Shown here in pieces: positions 11,664 to 23,870 of a DNA stretch of 64,000 nucleotides (the first letter of the stretch is position 1; each line of letters starts with the position of its first letter). The DNA is taken from assembly GCA_001949185.1 (NCBI GenBank), contig BDGG01000003.1, forward strand, positions 2,959,158 through 3,023,157, in the 5' to 3' direction. Below the pieces are notes generated by a model, which had not been told where the DNA came from, ran no database searches, and saw only the letters and a list, made by a program, of their open reading frames with translations. The stretch is from Ramazzottius varieornatus. Taxonomy: Eukaryota > Animalia > Tardigrada. The position numbers and the translations under genes were made by a program.

Positions 11664-13717
11664 ATGCCGGAATTTAACCTGTGTTCTTGGTGGCGGAAGG
11701 TAGGGAGCTAGATTGAATACCCTAACAGGCCGTTCGGTGGCGAAGTATTGTGCTTTCTTTGTCTTTTGGTACAGGCTCGAAAATCAGGAACATTTGGCCG
11801 GACCTTAGATGATTCGACGACAGACAGTGGAACTGCGGAAGACTTGCCTGTTCGATTACGGCGGAAGAAGCCTTCGAAGTCCGCCTTTGCCCTAGACGAG
11901 GCCGGATTCTCAATCAGTCATCCGCCATCCATCGACGAAGCATTTCTCGAAGAAAGCGAAGGAGACTCTCCCGTAACTCCTAACTTCCTAACCGAACTTC
12001 AACGAGTGTTACGACAACAAGGTACGGTATAATCTGCTTTCGGAAACGCGTGCGCATACTGTACTTCCTTCACCATTACTTTTTCCAGACATTCAAGAGA
12101 CCCTTCCGCGCACGATGGATTTTCCATTGTGTCATCCAGAAGACTCGACACCGTCGAAGATGACAGCAACGAAGCATCGCTCCGTCCCTCTACCACAGTT
12201 TCCGATCACTTCCGGGGAAACAGGCGCACTAAGTTCCCGCCTTACAAAGCTGATTCCGCAGCTCTTCCTGTCAGCCCTTGACCTTCGAATGCCAGAAGAC
12301 TTCTTAGATCTCCTGGAAGATTGTGCTTCGGTCACTGGGGAAATTCTCGGTCATGTGGTTCGACGAGAATTCGATCTGGCTGCCATGTCTAGAGTCGTCG
12401 GTTCGCTGCAGGAGAAGGTGGCGGCAGCGGAACAGCTGAGCATCGCCAGCAGCGAAAATCATTCCGTCGAAGGTACCACAACGAACCATCAGAGTTGTAT
12501 TTATAGAAGATGGTCAAGAGCACAACTCAGTTCCTGTCTTTTCTTGTAGCGCGGATATGGAAGAAAGAACTCGACAGGATGACTTCCGACTTGTCGGCGA
12601 CCCGGAAGTTGGGCAGGGAAGCTTCCGAGAGACTGTCGGAGACCCAGCAGTCTCTCATGTCGCTGGAGAGCGCGATTAGTCAAGAGAAAGCTCAGAAAAA
12701 TCTTCTAACTGAGCAGCTGGAACAGTCTCTCACTGAATTCCGTGAGTTGAAGAACCAGTTGGAACGGCTAGCTCCCATGAAGGAGGAGAATAAGAGGTTG
12801 GAAATGGAGGTTCTCCGACTTAATGCTGCACTACGAGCAAGTATTTTCTCTACAGTGTACATTACTTGTCTGTATTGTGACTGAATGATGTCGAATTTGT
12901 TGTAGGAATTTGAGCTAATGAAGGCTGATCAGGAACTTCTGACTGCCAAGTTGACCGTGGAAAACGCTGAGCTGAAGTTCGACAAGGGACAGACGGCTGA
13001 GGAGCTGGACCGCACGCGCGAGTTGGCCGCAGAAGCCAGTCAGCTCTACTATGAGAGGTTAAAGTCTGTTTCTGCTGGGTTCGAAAGACAAAGCAGGCAA
13101 CTGGAGCAGGAACTTAAGTCGACGACGGACGCTCTAGACTCGCTCAAGAGTCAAACCCAGAGCGAAATCGACGAACTCAAAGACGAGTATAATTTTCGTT
13201 GATATCAGACAGAAACCTAAATTAATGTGGTGTATTGTGAGGTAGAAGGCCGAGGTGTTGGCTGTGGGACAAACTAATTGTATGTCGCTTTTATTTCACA
13301 GGAACAAACGACTGAAGAAAGATCTCGCCGGTGTGCAGTCGAACTACGAGAAGCTTCTCATTGAGGAAAGACAGCAGAACTATCAGCTGGCTTCCGCCAA
13401 TGCCTCATTCTCTAACACGATCAGGTAGGTGCCTCTTCCTACCGTAGATGTGTAAGTAGTTATATGCCGAAGCGTATCACTGTAATTCACAAATTTTTGT
13501 GCTATTTAGGAGTTTGCAAGGGGAAGTGCGGCAGTACCGACAGCTTCTCGACGTCGCAGAAGAGCGCACCAAACGGAGCAGCATGGTCTCTGCGATAGAC
13601 TTTGCCCCGATTTCTCAAGATGTGCCACCGAGGGACTTGTTCGCCGAGCAAATCAACGTCAAGCAGAACCAGGAAACATTCGGAGACGTGGATGGCGGTG
13701 AGCTATCCGGTCGTTGA
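11664..13717 (+). CDS. ~521-aa coiled-coil protein with intermediate-filament-like rod termini; exons 11664-11699, 11775-12021, 12089-12472, 12550-12836, 12906-13186, 13302-13424, 13510-13717
   Basis: Seven exons join in frame (one GC-AG intron). Long heptad-rich region, LSSRLTKLI (cf. coil-1A LNDRLASYI) and LQGEVRQYRQLLDVAEER (cf. IF end-of-rod LDxEIATYRKLLEGEE). Confidence 0.75.
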
Positions 13718-14201
13718 AGGTAAGTGAAGAAAGTGGCGCAGTCAATGAAATTTGTAAACGCCGGTTCTTTGGTTAAGCCGGAAGTGACCGCTTCTTGAGC
13801 AAATAGCGACAAGCAGCAGAAAGGAAGGTGCGAAATAGCTTTCATTAGCTTATAAGAAATTTGCTGAGCGCAGTGGTGTGGAAGCCTTGAAGTTCGCTGA
13901 AATAGTCTGAGGACAATAAGGATAACAAATTTGTATTAACACAACTTTCCGGTACTCAGCGAAACTGTTCTTAAAACTTATACTAGGAAGAACCTGAAAA
14001 AGCTTTTGTAGATCACGTCGAGCCGAGAAACTGGCTTTAGTAAGAGAGTCAGGAAGTTTGGTGCAGTGCTTACTGTATTGAATTATCGGAAGCAGGCACA
14101 TCGTTTCCACTCTTGGTAATATACTACGATATTTTGCGGTAAACTGACATTTGTGAATTTATCTTGTTGGAACGGGAAGTCCGAAAAAGACATTACTGAT
14201 C

Positions 14202-14753
14202 ATGATGAATGCGGTGTATATGACTGTTGTTGGTTGCTTTGGCTTTCTTGTGTTGGCCATCTTACCACCAGGAATTGTCGGTATGGCCGTGGAGCTTTTC
14301 TGGGTTGTGGTCGTTATTTCCGCGCCAAAGGTTTTCGCACTGATGAAGTGACTCTTGATCTTTATCAATCTTACAGGACAATATCCATACGGGAGTAATT
14401 ACCTGTCTGGTTACAACCAAATGTCCAGTGAGAACCAGGCGCGTCTCTACCAAGCTCAGCTTCAACAGCAAAACTGGCTGTTCCAACAACAACTCAATCA
14501 ACAGGGAAACCAACAAGCTTATCTACAACAGCAAGCTGCCGCCCTGCTGGCTGGACAGTCAGGTGTAACGGGCCAATACCGGTATCCTCTCCTCTCCAGC
14601 TCAGCGGTGTACACTCCATACAGCGGATTTCCCCCTTCAAATAAAGTCGTACCTAATGTTTACAACCAGTACCAGAGTTCCAGCTTGGGGAACCTGGGTA
14701 TCGGTGCGAGTACTTCCGGTCTGTACGGAAATACTGGAATGGTCGATGTTTAA
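14202..14753 (+). CDS. Secreted low-complexity Gln/Tyr/Gly/Ser/Asn-rich protein (~151 aa); exons 14202-14280, 14377-14753
   Basis: Signal-peptide-like exon MMNAVYMTVVGCFGFLVLAILPPGIVG is joined by a phase-1 GT-AG intron to QYPYGSNYLSGYNQ...QQQLNQQGNQQAYLQQQ. Confidence 0.75.
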
Positions 14754-14861
14754 CCAGGAAATGTTTCCTGTTTTGGCGATCGCCTATAGTAGTAGAATCG
14801 AATCTTTTTCAGATCTTGTCCCGCTTCCTGAATAAGTTTGATAACAGAGAGAGGTTTGGGA

Positions 14862-14975
14862 TGAGGGTAAATGAATAGAACCAAATCGTTTTTTTAAGTG
14901 GCGCACATCTTTGTCTAATAGTAAAGTGAAGGTGCGCCTCTTGGGATGGCGATCTGGTTCCTTTCGTTTCGTCAC
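14862..14975. mobile_element. Family A hairpin MITE
   Basis: AAGTGGCGCAC...GTGCGCCTCTT with GAACCAAATCG/CGATCTGGTTC arms. Confidence 0.7.
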
Positions 14976-16003
14976 GGTCCAGATGGTTTGGTGAATGTGA
15001 AGGATTGGTCCGGATTTACCAGAGCAGCTTTAATTCAATTGGGCATTTGTCCACCTCCTCGTTGCTAGTTTTGGCAAACACAATCTTTCCAACATGTGCG
15101 TGGGCTAATATTGACAGTGACAGCGGAGGTCATCTGCATATAAATGCAAAAACATACTTCTATGCATCATCTGATTCAATTATTCATTGAACGAAGTGCT
15201 TGAGTATATCATCTGGCCTATTATAGCCAGCTTCCGTCCAAACATTTTGCTCGTCAATTAGGTATCACCACTACACATTTGTAACGGAGAAGAGTGTGTA
15301 ATGGGTTGAGGTCTCTCAAAGGTCAGACAGCGCATATGCATTCAATCCAGCAAAAATCCTCCGTGATTATGCCAAGAGCCCGTAATATCCTTCTCGTCAT
15401 TGCAGAAATGAAGACGTCCTCGAGTCGACTGTGTGTTTATCGTATCGATATAGCGTTCGCTGGTCACGCCTGATTGAGCTAAAATATCACATCGTAATGT
15501 AAACCCTCTTTAGTCTTTTATTGTTTATCTTTGTTGGATGGGCAAAAGTGACTTCTCGTTCGAGTTTCTTTCGTGATGCTCTCAGGCAAACTTTCGAGAC
15601 ACTTTGTTGACCGAGGAACGTATCGGTTTTCAGACGCGCGCTTAACATTTTCGAATCAGTAGAAGTTACGCTTCAAAGGCACACCCCACTTTGAAACTGC
15701 AGTCGAGTTTCCCATTCGGTGTATCCTGCCTTCACAGAAAAGTTACAGGAAGATTTTGTTTCCCTTTTTGCATGGAAGGTAACTTGGTCGATGTATAGAT
15801 TACGGTCTGGTAAGCCAGATCAAATTTGTAATGTTAATAAGACCGTACAGTTCTCTGTTACCCGAACTACCGCTCGAGAAACTAACTGGAGTGCAAGACG
15901 ACTGTAAACAAAAGTCGTTGAGATTAAGATTCGCTAAAATTTGTTATTGGAAAACGGAAATTACTGTAAACAATAGAGAGGCGAAAATATTAGGATAAAA
16001 ATT

Positions 16004-18724
16004 TTATTCAACGTCGGCTTCGTAGTTGCTGGATTCTCGACTGTTGGTTCTTTCCTTCTCCTGCTTTTTCGACGACCAAATATTGGGGGATCGAGATGAG
16101 AGGAAGGAATATGGTTGCCAAAGCTGGACACCATTCGAGCCCTTGCTTCTGACGCCGGCATTTGGTGATTGGGAGGTCCCGTTGCTGGCGCCGTTGATAG
16201 TCAGAGGAGGCATGCCGGCGTATCCAGGATGCAAGTGAGCACTGATAGGTGACATGAAAAAGGGCGCGTGACCAGGGAAGAAAGGGTGAGCACCGACGGA
16301 GAATCGGTCAGGATGAAATGATGGATGACTAGCGAAAGGACTGAAAGCGGACTTTTGCAGGGAAGACATGGTCGAACTTTCAGTGTTTGACTTATGGGTA
16401 GTGATGACGGACCGGTGTTCTCTTTCGGCGTGTCCATTCGAAGGTTTATCTTCCTTTCGAGTGTTGGTCGTGGTCTGCGAGCGGACAGTTGTCGCTTCGG
16501 CTGACACCGAATACAGTTGAGCCATAGCTTTGGCTAGATCTCCGTTGCAGCCGTTGAGGACTAACTCGAGCGTGCTTCGTTGTTCGTTGGGGAAGGTTTT
16601 TTGGAGTAGGGTGAGGTGGAAGATTCTGTCGTCCGATGGGCGTTGGTGCGTGGCTGAAGGCGCGGTGGGTTCCGATCGCGAGTTGGAGGAACCGCGGCTT
16701 GAACGATCGACGTACTGTGGGGAACCTCGGGTAGGGTATGGCGGTGCTGGCTCGACCAGGCGAGCTCCTCGTCGATCTTCGTTATGATTCTCGAAGGCGG
16801 AAGGAGACTTTTCCATAGCGTGATCGTATGAGCTGGCTGAATCGTCATGGTCTGATAAGGTGATGGAAGGCGTAGGGGAAGACCCGCCATCGTGTGAGAG
16901 AGCTCGACGCTGAGAACCTGCAATCGGAACCAGAAATTGAACTGGACAAATTTACTTTCAGTTCTTTTAAATTCATTTTCGATTCTACAAGATAAAGTTT
17001 TTCGTGTATCTGACTCATTTGCTCATGTTTTTGCGTTCTGACTGTCACAGTGCTGATCGAGTTTTTCCGCAGACTATCTTTTTCTACGACGTTTCCTAAC
17101 CATGTTATTCAAGCAGCGCTGGTAGTGGAAGCCAGGTCTGCTCCAATAATGGGAATGGGAATGTCCGAAAGAAGGGAGACAGTGTCAGGGAGCCAGATTT
17201 GGCTTCAGGTTGAGTAGGAGTGTATCGTATTTCTTGGATAACACTTGAGAAAAATGCCAATCAGGAAACAATCACAATAGATAAACGAAAGAGGAGATAT
17301 TTTCTTTTGTGCAAGTCTGTGCATCTGGCTAACCAGGAAGAAGGGTTCAAGTGCGAAAGAATCTGATTGGGACCGACAATGGTTGTTCGTTTTCTGGTCT
17401 GGCTGGGAACAATGCAGGTGTCGGTGAAGTAGCCACCGATGAGGCGTCTCAACAAGCACTTGATCTTGACTGATCACCCGCTGTTTATTCTCCCGATCAG
17501 CAGAGTAAGGGCTCAGGTTGACGCAACTGTAGCTGCATTAAGTCACTACGGAACAATTAGAGGAAGACTGTCTGATTAACCTCGATGACGGCCCAATTGT
17601 CAAGTATCGCACAGCCAGGATGCATCCCAATGTCAACACTGCAACCTTAATTGACACAGCTTGAAGTAAATCCGATACACCAACCCCTGACTTTTTCCCT
17701 CTCATCACATCCTCCTGTTTCGCCAACTGTCTCCCTCACTGTTTTGGTGATTTCTTGCAGATATCTCTATACTCAATCGGCCGTGAGCAAAGGAACTGAA
17801 CCGATCGCTGTTCCATGTGGCGCACGTTCACGTTAGTACTGGTTGAAAATGTATGTCACTTGGGAAAAGATCTGGTGCCTTCCTTCCATCGTGTGCCTAC
17901 GTCTTAAATAGGCAGCCAGAATGGTATTGGAAAATCTACGAGCGGCATAAGCATTTTTACGGAAATAAGGCTCCGGAAAGTTGGTTCGAAAATAATATCA
18001 AGTAAACAATGTATGAAATTTCCAAGCGTGTAGAAATTTCATGATCACGTACCATGACATGGTGAGGACTCGCTTTCGGAAAGTCGGCGCTTCTTGTTGC
18101 AATTCTCTTGGTCGCTTCGCTCCACTCGTTCGCCATTGACCATCTCGCCGAAGATGGGTCCTGGTGGCAAATAGCCGAGGTTCTTCCCGCTGGTGACTGC
18201 GCGAAGGCCGATGGCTATGGCGTCCTCTGCCGCTTGTTGACGCTTGAGAGCGACCTGTTGGGCCATCACGCGCTGGCGCTGCTCGATGAGATTACATTTC
18301 TGGCATCCGCAGTCCTTGAAGCGGCAGTGACGCTTGTGACCTTTGAGCCAAGAAACCATTCCGTGGTTCCTGCGAATATTCACATTTTAGATTGACATAG
18401 TGTTCAGCGATCTGTCAGTTGATTGTCGAACCGTTACAAAATAATCTGAAATATTATTTACATTTTTGAGCATATTCAAGAAATTTAGAAATTGTATAAT
18501 AATGTTACACTGCCCTGTTATGTATCTAGAGGATCGGTGTAGACCAACCTGCAACGAGCGCATTTTGGCTTTCTTGCTCCTTTCTCCGTGGTGGGATGTG
18601 GAAGGAAGAACCCGTTGCTAGATTCCGGTGGAGACATTCTCAAGGATGAAGGATACAATCCTTGCTGATGACCGTGATGTCTTCCATGTCCTACAGTAAC
18701 AAAAGAGAGTCGATTGGGAAGCAT
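16004..18724 (-). CDS. dmrt93B: Doublesex/mab-3-related transcription factor, Dmrt93B type (DM + DMA domains); exons ~18724 (or 18637)-18549, 18369-18053, 16917-16004
   Basis: [10 protein letters not shown]|[52 protein letters not shown]...YLPPGPIFG; DMA domain [28 protein letters not shown]. Start codon uncertain. Confidence 0.9.
17785..17880. mobile_element. Family A hairpin MITE, degenerate (Dmrt intron)
   Basis: CCATGTGGCGCAC...TGTCACTTGGGAAA. Confidence 0.55.
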
Positions 18725-19349
18725 GGCTATACGCGCTTATCGAGAAACAGTGAGTTGCTCCTGAATGCGCGTGGCAAATTACGACAGATCTTGGACTAAG
18801 AATTCAACCGTGCTTAATGAAAGGTCGATGTAGAATCTGCAGATTTTGCAAGTCCACAAATTTTCAAGCGATGACGTGTAAATGTTCAAATAACTGTTTG
18901 TCGTAGCGAGGAAGTCATTTGGTGGAGCGGAACGATAAAGGCTTTGCTTGACCAAGGAAGGAGCCGTAAGGAGGAGGAGCCGGCCACTTGGCTTACCAGC
19001 CTGATTTGCGTACAAGAAGGACAAGAGTACTCTACTTGCTACTGTGTATGCTTTCGACGGCATTTCCACCATAGTTGCTCTCAGTGTCGGGTAGAATCTG
19101 TTGCTAAAGCTGTCGCAAGTGTGTAGAGTCAAGGATGTCGTTAAAGACATGCAGATTGGCTACCTTCGGTAAGACTGTATCCGCCGGGAACCTTTCTTGC
19201 ATCTGACTAAGTCCACACATTGGCTCGAGGACTATGCGCGGTAGAGTTCGCCACTTATAGGTGACTTATGATTAGAAGACCTTGTCTTGTCTGTAGGATA
19301 GCTGATGCAGAAAATAGCGAAAGCTGTCAAGAACAATAAACGAAAACTG

Positions 19350-19465
19350 GAACGTGGGCAAATGAATTTTAAGCAAATCGTTTTCTCAAGTGGCGCATAC
19401 TACCAGCCCATAACACCGGCATCGCGCGCCACTAAGACATCGATTTCTTTTGGTTTTTCCAACTG
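19350..19465. mobile_element. Family A hairpin MITE
   Basis: CAAGTGGCGCA...CGCGCCACT. Confidence 0.6.
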
Positions 19466-19977
19466 TTCAGTGGATCTGCTGGCTTGTTAGACGGATTTCT
19501 CAGAAAATTTTCATCATTGTATGCTAGACCGGACACTCGCGATAACGCCGAAAGGCAGTTCGAACTCTGTCCGAAACGTCAGATACGCTGGTCGATTGAG
19601 GGGTACTCTGCACAGATTTGCAACATGGGTGTTGACGTGACATTTTTATCTGTGTCCATTCCGTCGAAGTTTCAACAATGAAGTGTGCTGGTTAGAGTTT
19701 AACGATAGAACGCGTTTAGGGGAGGGAAAGTATGCAATTCTATCGTTGGTTCGTAACCATTTGCTGCAGGAGACTCGCTAGGTTATTTATGGTATTTATG
19801 GGAGCCTCGTTCTGTTAAAAATAGGCGTTCTCTGGCGATCAGCCATACTCGAACTCGTGGCTCATTTTCCGGTGTCGATCATCCATGCAAAACTCGAACT
19901 CCTAATTACAACAGATTAAATGGTTTCGCGGTTACGGAATGACGAGAATAGTTTTATTGATATTCATTCGCAAATAC

Positions 19978-20100
19978 GAGACGTCGACAAATAAATTAGA
20001 TCTGATCGTCTTCCCAAGTGGCGCATACTTCCAGTCAATAACAATGAGAACGTGCACCGCTTGAGACAGCGATCGGGTTTAGTTCATTCGTCGACGTCCC
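19978..20100. mobile_element. Family A hairpin MITE
   Basis: GACGTCGACAAAT...CAAGTGGCGCA-N27-TGCACCGCTTG...ATTCGTCGACGTCCC. Confidence 0.8.
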
Positions 20101-23100
20101 GTGTTCTGTTTTATGGAAAATTTCTTCGAATAAACAGTATCTTCTAGGTTCTAGGTGTGAGGTTTGGGATATTTTCAAACTTCGTTGCTCTGCGAAACAC
20201 TTTATTTGATTCAGAGAACCTTGCCGTAGAACGTCGGTGGAGTATCGAGGTTATGCCGGAATTGGCCAAACTAAGCTTCCGATATTTGCTTAGGGTACTT
20301 TACGTCGTCACGGTAAACAAACGACGTTTATGATATGTAAGACGGGTGCATAATGTTCAAGGTGTATGTTTGTTACATTTGGAGAGGAATTTGGGGACAT
20401 TTTTGAGTTATCCTCTGGCTATTATGTGTGGTAATTGTGCCGCAATCTCTTGACTTCTTGATGAACTGTCTAGCCTTCATCCATCACCCCTCAAGTGTCC
20501 ACAAAATCACACATGCGCCACAATAACTATTATCCGTCTGCTGTATCCACAACCATCAAGCCATAAACTATGCTCTGTTTCAATGTTGACTCTATCAAAT
20601 CAAAGAATGATCGGCACGCGTTACTGAAAGAATTTACGTACGCACAATAGCAGAGTTTATATCCTGTTCCCGAAATCGCCGTTAGTCCCAAACTTCCTGG
20701 TTGTTCCGATAAGGTCCCGCAAATATGCTCGAATAATTTAGAGGTGGCGCCACCGGCATGAAATCACACAGGAACAAGTTAACAACAACGGCAAACGATA
20801 CATAAAATCTACGGTCTCGTCCACGGAAAAAAGCTATCAGTTTTTTACACGAAAATATCGTGTTGTTTCTCGATCCAAACATAAGAGCCAAGCTTGCGGT
20901 GCTGTTAGACAGTCAGTTGCAACAGTTATGAGATTTATGGCTGTGCTGGCCTGGTGAAGATGCCGAGCGTCATGCAATGGAAAGTGCATGAGTTATTGGT
21001 CCGCGCTTGTCCAGATGTTTCCTTTTTGAAGATGAAGTTTTCTGTTTCGATATACCGACGATACAGACTGGTTTCGTTTTTGAGACGGTGTGTATGGTGA
21101 TACCTCCACAGCATGCAAGACGGAAACCATCTTGGGAAAATGGCTACCGAAAAGTCATTTGCCGCTAAGTGCTTTATCTAAATGCCAAGAAAGCGTTTTC
21201 TTTTAACGTGGCGGATTTCATTTTAGATGTCAAAGTCGGATATCGGCCTGGGTAGTCTGGAGTCTAGCTTCAAGAGCTGAGATGAAGCATTCTCAGATGT
21301 TATTTTCGTGGAACCGCTTTGGTGAAGCCAGGCTGAGTTGCAAATGTTCGAGGTCTCCGCAGTTCTTCACCCCATTAACAGAACAAACAGCTTTAAATTT
21401 TCAAGGAATGGACTGTCAGTTTGCTGCTTCACGTATCGACTTATAACTCGAAACACTTCGTATCTGGAAGCGCCATCGAACGTTTTATCTAGAGAGAAAG
21501 AGGTGATGGATGCTCGATCTTCGAATGATAACCCTATAGTACTGCTTACGGCTAGCTGCTGTTTGCACCGACATACGTTTGAATTAAGAAGAAAGGAATT
21601 TGGACCTCCCCACCAATCTTATTTATTGTGATAGCAGATAAGTGGAATAAGAAGAAGCAATTATCTGCTGAAACGTGCTGACAGAAAGTGTTCAACCGTC
21701 TCCATTAGGACACTTTACACCAGTTTTGTCAGTGTTCAAAATCTGCATACACGGATCATATCGGTGTGGGTGGTCCTGAATCCTAACGCGTGATATTTCC
21801 AGAGAGCGCAGTATTGAATAGTTTTTCCAAAAGTTTCGGTGTGGAAGTAGGCTTTCCTCGTGATGATTCTGTTGGACCGCAAGAAAGCGCCGTATTTTCT
21901 CGAAGCAAATTCCTATCACTCGGAACCTTGTCACACCATGTTCGGTAACGTAATTTACCCTTCCTGTTAGATACAATCGGTTGCGTAAATGTACAGTTCA
22001 GAGCACGAATTACGTAATCTGATCAATCGACGTCGATGAAGCGGCGGTAAGTTCAAGATCAGTAGAAGCAAGGTTAGACTGGTGGGTAGAAAGTACAAGG
22101 TTTCCCGAAGTACACCGCGGAGACCTTAACCCAGAAGTCGCACCAGTGCTAAAAGCAGGTTACGTTGGTTCTGATTCGATATGGTTCCTGTTTTGTATGG
22201 GGCGAAAATGCATAAAATTCAGTTTAGGGAGCTTGTGGTGTCACATAATGTAGGCTCAAGTATTATCTGATAAATAAACTACGGCAACGTCTAGTGTGGT
22301 AATCATAAGTGATGTCGTCGCCACCATAAGTCGCCGTGCGCCGCAGCAAAGTTTACCTACAGCCACGCGGCGCGCACTTGCTCTTTGTTTGTTTATGCAA
22401 AGTTTTGTCTTGCTCGATTTCGAAAGTCTTGAAATTTCGGTTTTGAGGTCTGAATTATAGCCCTGTCACTCAATACACCAACACAATAGCTGAATCCTTT
22501 GCCAAAGATGCGCCAGTGAACAGCTCAATATCCCGATCAACCGGCGCGCTAAGTCAATACAGGCGCGTTAAACATGCGCCACAAGAACCGTCAAATCCTG
22601 GCCACTTCGCGCACTTTCGTTTTCCTCACATGCGGGCAGTCTTTCCGTCACACTTTGCCACAAGCAGAACCTAAACCGTCATGAAAGCATTCTAGCGAAA
22701 TCTTTGTCCCCTTTTCAGACAGAGACAATATCAAACGATTTCTTATCATGTCAATCTGGACATAGAACTCAGTGCAAGTGTCGGCTGAATGTCGGACCCA
22801 GACTTTGACTCGCCATAAGTGGGGTGCTGGTTTAGTGCGCTGTGCCGTAGGTTAAATGACTTGTGTTGTCGGTCCAGCAGGTATTGAGACGCAACGATGA
22901 GAAACTTTGCTGTCGAAGCGCGAAGTGCTGATTGCGGAAAAGCCATAAGTATAATTGGCCAGTGCAACATATTGTGAATGCCATGAACTGTTCACAGACA
23001 TTGCCGCCAGATATGAAGTGATACATTCAGACGATTAGTTCGCAGACTTCATACAAAGATGCAACCAGTGCTGAAGAAGTTCTGTTATATCAGCGACAGA

Positions 23101-23526
23101 CAAACAAGGTTAACCTCCTATTTTCTTGTCGCTTTTATGCTCAGATAAAAATTTATCTATGCACGGTTGACTATCTGAGAAAAGATTAAGGAAATTATGA
23201 CATTGAATGGAAATTTCGTATGAGTTTTAGGCGGAAAATATTTCTAGAATTGACTGACCGAATCGCGGCTCACCGGACAGAGAATCTCGGGAACGCACGA
23301 ACACGATCGGTATGAAATAATTCTTTACGAAAATATCAGCATACATGGAGTTTATTTCAAAAACCCGTCGAACTTCGCACAGGGCAAAGCTCAAAACTGA
23401 GTTCTTGAAGGTACGACTCGATCTGCTACATACATGTGAAGCAAAGAGAGCCTCATCACATCTTCACAGATCAAATGTCGTTCAATACAAATCCACAAAA
23501 AAATACCATCAATAAAAATTTCAGAA

Positions 23527-23870
23527 TACGAGGTAAACGACATAATTCGGGCATATCGGTTTTCGCACCATAATTCGGGCAACGCGAAAGGTTTGAACAT
23601 TGCCTTCAACGCTTGATTCATCTCTCATCGTACGTGTGTTGATACAACATTAGGCCTTTTAACATTGGACAGACTCATCTCTATCCCAGGCCAAATTCCC
23701 GTAATCTACAACGCTTTCCCGTTCTCAAACCTATTGAAACCTCGAGGAGAGGGATCAGTCTACCTCAGGAAACAAGAAGCGGTTCATTACGCGCAGCAGA
23801 AGCTGAGAAAAAACATGCCCGAATTACGAGTGAAAAACCCCTATGCCCGCATTATGTCGTTTACCTCGTA
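23527..23870. mobile_element. Family B: second 344-bp Tc1/mariner-type MITE
   Basis: Same length, TIRs, TA ends and internal sequence as 9501-9844. Confidence 0.9.
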
